Position numbers and translations under genes: made by a program. A DNA stretch of 62,987 nucleotides, filler included, from Stramenopiles sp. TOSAG23-2 (taxonomy: Eukaryota), in NCBI GenBank assembly GCA_900128395.1. It is 16 parts of 16 records of this genome, joined end to end, with 100 filler letters (N's around TTAATTAATTAA, not from the genome) between each part and the next. Parts side by side here need not be neighbours in the genome. Positions count along the whole stretch, not along the records: positions 55,234 to 59,060 come from LT651083.1; positions 59,161 to 62,987 come from LT651084.1; 14 more parts are not named here. The stretch is one strand, 5' to 3'. Of this stretch, positions 57,348-62,987 are shown in pieces. The notes beneath the pieces are model-generated. The model did no database searches. It was not told where the DNA came from and was given only the letters and a program-made list of their open reading frames with translations. How positions within the stretch are numbered: the stretch's first letter is position 1; each line of letters starts with the position of its first letter.

Positions 57348-58667
57348 TTAAGATATGTTGAAACCAGCAATTGTAGGTGTAGTACATACGCCACCATTTT
57401 TACACTTTAATGGTTTGCCTTGCCAACATGCAACACGATCAGCATTTGTTTTTAAATCCACTGCAACAGCTTCCCACATTTTCTTCTTTTTTACTTGGTT
57501 TGGTTTAGCAGGTTCACCAGTCAATCCATCAATCATCAATCGTTCTCCAATCACTGCCCCAGCAGGTGGGTCAACAAATTCGCATTTATCACCATTCTTA
57601 CTACATAAAACCATACCTTCACTTTTAAATCCTGCCAATTTAGCAGCTTTTAAATTGGATACTAATATCACCATACGATCTTGTAAATCCTCTAATTTGT
57701 AATATGGTCGTAAACCGGAGGCAACACTGCGTACATTTTCCTCGCCAATATCAATTTCTTCACAAAATAATTTATCAGAACCTTCATGATCCCATACTTT
57801 TGTTATTTTACCAACACGTATATCAATTTTAGTAAATGGGCTCTGATTTGCAGCAGGAGCTTGAGGTGCTTTTGGTGCTTTAACTTTCTTCTCCTTTTTC
57901 TTTTTCTTCTTATCATTATTGTTATTTGCACCTGTTGCTTTTCCTTTCTTCTTGTCTGCGCTACTACTATTACTACCGTTATTGCTATTTTTACCACTGC
58001 TGCCGCCGCTTTTTGCACCAAATACACCAGTAAATACTCCAACTGGCGGTGGGGCAAATATGGCAGTACCACTTTCACGCGTTTTCACAATACCAGGTGA
58101 AATTTTAGAACGTCGAACAAGTGATGATTGTTCAATACTTTTATACCATCTTCCTAATGATTTTGGTGCGCCACCACTGTTCCATTTAGCAACAGGAACT
58201 TTTGCTACAAATGGATGAAAATTCCAAAATAACACCAAGTCAGCCAATGTCATGCGATCGCCAACCAAAAATGTAGTTGATTGTAATACGACGTTCAATT
58301 CCGTTTGAAAATAATGTAACCTATCAATATTTTGTTGTAGTTGAAAAAGATATTGGACAACTTGTGCACGTTCCACTGGATTAGATCCTAATAAACTTTC
58401 CACTTGTCCAGATTCGTTCACGAGGTATTCAAGTATTGCATTTATTTGATTTAAAACTTGTCCATTTGGTAATGTTAATTTTACACTGCCACCAGTTGTT
58501 TTATATTCATCAATCACTGTTCCAGTAGTTGTATCATTTTCTTGTGCTTTTTTTATTGTTAAATTCACTTTTGTATCAAGAAGATTTAATGTTGACGCTA
58601 CAAAAACCGTTGTCCTTGCATACCATGATGCACCGTCCACGTATAATTCTGACGTAAGTTTTGGCAT
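57348..58667 (-). CDS. AIMP1: AIMP1/Arc1p-like aminoacyl-tRNA synthetase cofactor (GST-like + tRNA-binding OB fold)
   Basis: LLGSNPVERAQVVQY, TFLVGDRMTLADL, Lys-rich linker, IDIRVGKI, SDKLFCEEIDIGE, NLKAAKLAGFKSEGMVLC. Confidence 0.92.
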   Translation of the reverse strand: MPKLTSELYVDGASWYARTTVFVASTLNLLDTKVNLTIKKAQENDTTTGTVIDEYKTTGGSVKLTLPNGQVLNQINAILEYLVNESGQVESLLGSNPVERAQVVQYLFQLQQNIDRLHYFQTELNVVLQSTTFLVGDRMTLADLVLFWNFHPFVAKVPVAKWNSGGAPKSLGRWYKSIEQSSLVRRSKISPGIVKTRESGTAIFAPPPVGVFTGVFGAKSGGSSGKNSNNGSNSSSADKKKGKATGANNNNDKKKKKKEKKVKAPKAPQAPAANQSPFTKIDIRVGKITKVWDHEGSDKLFCEEIDIGEENVRSVASGLRPYYKLEDLQDRMVILVSNLKAAKLAGFKSEGMVLCSKNGDKCEFVDPPAGAVIGERLMIDGLTGEPAKPNQVKKKKMWEAVAVDLKTNADRVACWQGKPLKCKNGGVCTTPTIAGFNIS

Positions 58668-59369
58668 TATTTATGTAATAAAATTTATAAATATGTATGT
58701 ATGTATATAAAGTTAAATATTTTTAAAATCTCTCCACCTATCTTTTCTTTCTTTCTTTCTTTTTTTTGTGGTCTTTTATTATTATTCTAATTCAATTTTT
58801 TTATGATTTATAATTCTTCCATCATCGCACCATCCAATAAAGTGCTAAATAATAATATACTAATACCGAGAAGAATTTATTGGGTGCTTGGTGGATAGAC
58901 TAATAATAATATGGATGGTGGATGGTTGCTAGCCCGGCAGATTATTAAATGCGGACGAGGCGGACCCAAATCATTAGGATAGGAATAGCATTAGAATAGA
59001 GTTGGGGAGTAGGGTTCAATGGGACCCAAATCAATGGGACCCAAATTGGATCAAAAAAACNNNNNNNNNNNNNNNNNNNNNNNNNNNNNNNNNNNNNNNN
59101 NNNNTTAATTAATTAANNNNNNNNNNNNNNNNNNNNNNNNNNNNNNNNNNNNNNNNNNNNAAAAAAAAATGTACGATGTCGTATTATATGTCGAGTATAC
59201 TTATACGATACATATAATGAAACAATAATACAATACGACGAGAGAGAGAGAGAGAAAGGATGTACAATATTTTTAAAAAAACAAAGACACCTCTTCCAAA
59301 TTTCATATATATATAGTATATTTCTATTAATGAATTTAATTTCAAAAGTTAAAAAAATATTATCAAAAA

Positions 59370-59650
59370 AAAAGCGAGTTTTCGGACATATATAAAACAA
59401 GATATACCAAAATGGGAATAATGGAAATACAATTGGTATAAAACTATAATGGAATTGATGTCATCTCAATTTGTTTTGATATTTAGTAGTGTTGGATTTC
59501 CCTATCATTTTTTAATCTCATTGAACATTTTTCGGATATATATAAACACGATATCGCAAAATGGAAATAATGGTATTAAAATAATATACAAATAATATAT
59601 AAATATAATAGAATTGATGTCATCTCAATTTGTTTTTATATTTGATGTTG
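59370..59650. repeat. Diverged direct repeat pair
   Basis: TTTTCGGA.ATATATAAA..CAAAATGG..GAATTGATGTCATCTCAATTTGTTTT occurs twice. Confidence 0.75.
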
Positions 59651-59819
59651 GAATTTCATTCAGATTTCTTCACCTCCAAGATGTCTAATATCTCTCATTT
59701 TTATAAATAGATATATATATATTGTAATGATAATGTACATACTGTATATCGATCACATTGATGAAATTGATGTGATTGATTATACTTTCTTTTTTTTATG
59801 TTTTTTTATAAAGAAACAA

Positions 59820-59959
59820 GAATTCATTTTGTTAATATATAAAATACCTATACGATATTATATATTTATATGAAGAACGGTTTCGTTTGAATTCATTTTG
59901 TTAATATATAAAATACCTATACGATATTATATATTTATATGAAGAACGGTTTCGTTTGA
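59820..59959. repeat. Exact ~69-bp tandem duplication
   Basis: GAATTCATTTTGTTAATATATAAAATACC...GGTTTCGTTT x2. Confidence 0.92.
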
Positions 59960-60061
59960 GAAAAAAAAAGAATATTAGAACAATTAAAAAAGTAATAATT
60001 ATAATAAATTAATTTAAATAAAATTTTAACATATATATATATAAAATATTATAATTACAAT

Positions 60062-60856
60062 ATGGAAAATGAAAATATGAAAAATATTCATCAAACCGCT
60101 ATTGAAAGTGTTGCCCAATCCGTTTCATCAGATCCAGATATATGTTCACTTGTAAATAAATTTAGAACTGCTTTAGGAATGTCATCAAAGTCTCCAAAAG
60201 ATATATTATCGATATTATTTGAAGACGAAGTGTTAGGACAATTATTAAAAGCAGCTGTTGAGAAGAAAGTGCGTTTTTTAACGGCAAGACAGAAATTTAA
60301 TAACAATAATAATACCAACAACCAAAATAATAATAATAATAATAACAACAACAACAATAACAAGAATAAAAGTTTAACAAATAAGAAAAATACAAACGAT
60401 AATAAAGCAGGGTCAAGAAAGAGTTTAAAAATTGATATTGAAAAACTGGAACATCCAACAAAGGAAGTAGTAAATTTGGAAGATAGTGATGATAATGTTG
60501 TGGATGGTCTTATATCTCCAAATTCAGTTGGTACGCCACGTGAACATGATTTAGAAGAAACACATTATGATGATGATTTTGATGATGTCAGCTTTGGATC
60601 GGATAGTGTGACAAAACGCAAAGTTAGTTTTTCAAATAACATTGAAGTTCAAGTAATTCCAAGGCTTGCAGAGGAACGAATTGATGAATGTTTTTATAGT
60701 GAAGAAGAAATTAATCAAATGTATGCTGAATCAGAGCAAGATCTTGCGGATAGCAGTAATAATAAAGATGGTGTTGATGAAGATGCTGAATCAGAGCAAG
60801 ATCTTGCGGATAGCAGTAATAATAAAGATGGTGTTGATGAAGAAATTGTAGTATAA
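60062..60856 (+). CDS. Acidic hypothetical protein with RVxF-type motif
   Basis: 264-aa ORF with poly-Asn, KRKVSF...FYSEEEI, and a terminal 60-bp in-frame duplication. Confidence 0.75.
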   Translation: MENENMKNIHQTAIESVAQSVSSDPDICSLVNKFRTALGMSSKSPKDILSILFEDEVLGQLLKAAVEKKVRFLTARQKFNNNNNTNNQNNNNNNNNNNNNKNKSLTNKKNTNDNKAGSRKSLKIDIEKLEHPTKEVVNLEDSDDNVVDGLISPNSVGTPREHDLEETHYDDDFDDVSFGSDSVTKRKVSFSNNIEVQVIPRLAEERIDECFYSEEEINQMYAESEQDLADSSNNKDGVDEDAESEQDLADSSNNKDGVDEEIVV

Positions 60857-61419
60857 AAAATACGTGTATATGTGAAAAAAACTTTTTCACACCCTTTCAA
60901 TTGTATATTATGACTATGTGGTGAGGAGAGAGAGAATGAAAAATATGTTCGCATGTTTTTGGGGGGAAAAGTATATTTTTTTAAAATACTCCGTGATACG
61001 TTATAAAATAAGAGACGTACAAATAAATGTTTTTTTATATTTTTTTTTAAATAATACGAGTTCGTAAATATCATTTTTAATAATTAGAATAATATGTACA
61101 TATCACATAATAAATAAATTATTAAATATTAATAAAAATTAAAATATCATATTATTTTTTAAAATTATACGATCCGTACGACGGGTTCGTATACACCGTT
61201 CTCGTAAACTATTTTTAGGAAAACCCCCACGCTTTCCTCTCAATCCATATCTCATAAAAATACGAACACAGCCCCATATCAATTTATATTACTTTTTTAA
61301 TACGAACTTCGTACACATATATATTTTAAAGCAGCTTCCCCTCAACAACACCATCTCCCCAATTTATAACAAATAGCGGTACAAACAGTGGCTAAAACAT
61401 TTTATTATTTAAAACATTC

Positions 61420-61722
61420 TTTTTTTTTTTAACCACAATTAACAACAGGTTTTGTACCACCAATTGATTGAACATTTGCATGTTTACATTGATAAGTATG
61501 ATCAAAAGGCCATTTACCACTTCCCTTTACAACTACATTATCAAAAACAACATTAGTCATCGGATTACTTTCTTTTTTTTTTAACCACAATTAACAACAG
61601 GTTTTGTACCACCAATTGATTGAACATTTGCATGTTTACATTGATAAGTATGATCAAAAGGCCATTTACCACTTCCCTTTACAACTACATTATCAAAAAC
61701 AACATTAGTCATCGGATTACTT
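61420..61722. repeat. Exact ~151-bp tandem duplication of the GH28 3' end
   Basis: TTAACCACAATTAACAACAGG...CGGATTACTTTC occurs twice. Confidence 0.92.
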
Positions 61723-62987
61723 TCATTCCCTAAGACAACACCAGGTGATAAGACTGGTGAATCAATATATATATTACGCAATGTAATATTATTAAACGTC
61801 ACACAACCTTGTGTTGGGCATGTTTTTGTGATCGGATAATCCAATGGGCATTTCCTACCTAATTTTGTCCCAGGCTCATGTTGTTGTTGTGGCCCTATCC
61901 ATACAGCCCACCAACGTGGGTAGGTAATATTCATATCCTCATATAAAATATTTTCAATAATTGCAGTGGAATTTGGTACACACGTTGGATTGGATTTAAT
62001 ATAAACACCTTTGCCAGTTTTAGGCATGGAAATACGACGAAATGTGATATTTCTTACACAATTTGGATACATTTTATGTGGTGGCACAGAGCCAATCGAT
62101 AAACCCATACCAATAACAATCATATCTTCAAATAACATATTTTCCGAACAAGATGCTTTTGAACATTTATCTTTTGAACATGGTTTTACGGCAACACTAT
62201 CATCATCATTATTAATAAATACATGATGTACATATACATTTTTACCACTTGGATCTATCCCATCTGTATTTAAATCTTCAGGTTGTAAACCACCAACCTT
62301 AGCAGCAGCAGCAACAATGCCATTGTTTATTCCTTTTAAATATTTCCTTGCTTCTTTTACACTACGATCGACGTTTATTGTAACATAGCGAATTTCAACG
62401 TTTAAAACATCTTGCATAAGTAAATGAAAGGATGGTGAATTTAACATCGTTATATTTTCAATTAATATATTTTCAGAAGATTCAAATACTACTAATTTTG
62501 GACGTTTTGCATAATTAGTACTAACCACATATTTATTCCACCATACAAGACCATTTCCATCAATTAACGAAACTCCACTTCCATCTGCTTTTGATGGGTA
62601 CGTTGCACTGCCTGTAATAGTTAAATATTCACAATCCACAAAATGAAAAAAATGTAAATAATAACCATGTTGGTTATGTTTTCCAATAATACTTTTTAAA
62701 TTGTTATTATTATTATTATTATTCATTTTGTGTTGTCGAAGTGGCCAATGTTTAATATCAGGCAGTGCCCTTATTTGTCCTTGAATCGAAATGGTTATAT
62801 TCTTTAACCCATAACCACTAATACCACCAATGGCAAAGTATTCATTACCTGCTGGAATCAATATGATATCACCTGGTTTCGACTCATTCAAAGCTTTATT
62901 AATTGCATTTGTATTGTTTCTAGCAGCGTCGATATTATTTAAAGTTGGTATTGCACCATAATTTTCAATATTTAAAATAGAAGAAGA
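61581..62987 (-). CDS. Glycoside hydrolase family 28 (polygalacturonase-like), 5'-partial
   Basis: NIENYGA, IDGNGLVWW, NSPSFH, NTDGID, NDDDSVAVK, GLSIGS, GVYIKS. Open to the window end. Confidence 0.92.
   Translation of the reverse strand, partial: SSSILNIENYGAIPTLNNIDAARNNTNAINKALNESKPGDIILIPAGNEYFAIGGISGYGLKNITISIQGQIRALPDIKHWPLRQHKMNNNNNNNNLKSIIGKHNQHGYYLHFFHFVDCEYLTITGSATYPSKADGSGVSLIDGNGLVWWNKYVVSTNYAKRPKLVVFESSENILIENITMLNSPSFHLLMQDVLNVEIRYVTINVDRSVKEARKYLKGINNGIVAAAAKVGGLQPEDLNTDGIDPSGKNVYVHHVFINNDDDSVAVKPCSKDKCSKASCSENMLFEDMIVIGMGLSIGSVPPHKMYPNCVRNITFRRISMPKTGKGVYIKSNPTCVPNSTAIIENILYEDMNITYPRWWAVWIGPQQQHEPGTKLGRKCPLDYPITKTCPTQGCVTFNNITLRNIYIDSPVLSPGVVLGNESNPMTNVVFDNVVVKGSGKWPFDHTYQCKHANVQSIGGTKPVVNCG

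Noticed and set aside
58960-59050. Three copies of GGACCCAAAT upstream of the AIMP1-like gene
   Set aside because: Seen only at this locus near a contig end. It could be a promoter motif, but there is too little support to call it.
3859-59160. Regularly spaced TTAATTAATTAA flanked by Ns, resembling a periodic repeat or array
   Set aside because: Artificial linker between length-sorted contigs. It is not biological, and it voids any operon or cluster inference across contigs.

Overview
This is not one locus. It is 16 unlinked ~3.83-3.86 kb contigs sorted by decreasing length and joined by artificial 100-bp spacers (44 N + TTAATTAATTAA + 44 N), so gene neighbourhoods across spacers mean nothing. 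The DNA is AT-rich, gene-dense, intron-poor eukaryotic nuclear sequence. It uses the standard code, has poly-Asn tracts, and has two canonical GTAAGT..CTAAC..AG introns. The organism is probably a flagellated, phagotrophic protist, possibly a stramenopile from a SAG/MAG; this is inference. Recognisable genes: CIA1/CIAO1, C2CD3-like, KDM4-like JmjC, ABCC transporter, Ariadne RBR ligase, SLC10A7, COG0523 GTPase, fibrillarin, AIMP1/Arc1p, GH28 and two TM-LRR proteins. Leads worth following: (1) a violaxanthin de-epoxidase-family protein with catalytic residues intact, a plain signal peptide, no plastid/lumen transit peptide and no Glu-rich tail; (2) a eukaryotic M23 peptidase carrying a PA domain; (3) a G1-like secreted peptidase; (4) a TerD fusion; (5) a stand-alone GIY-YIG nuclease in a repeat-rich contig; (6) three recurrent non-coding motif families shared by unlinked contigs. 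Many tandem duplications, inversions and gene fusions look like amplification or assembly artefacts. All family calls come from motif recognition by eye; no searches were run.
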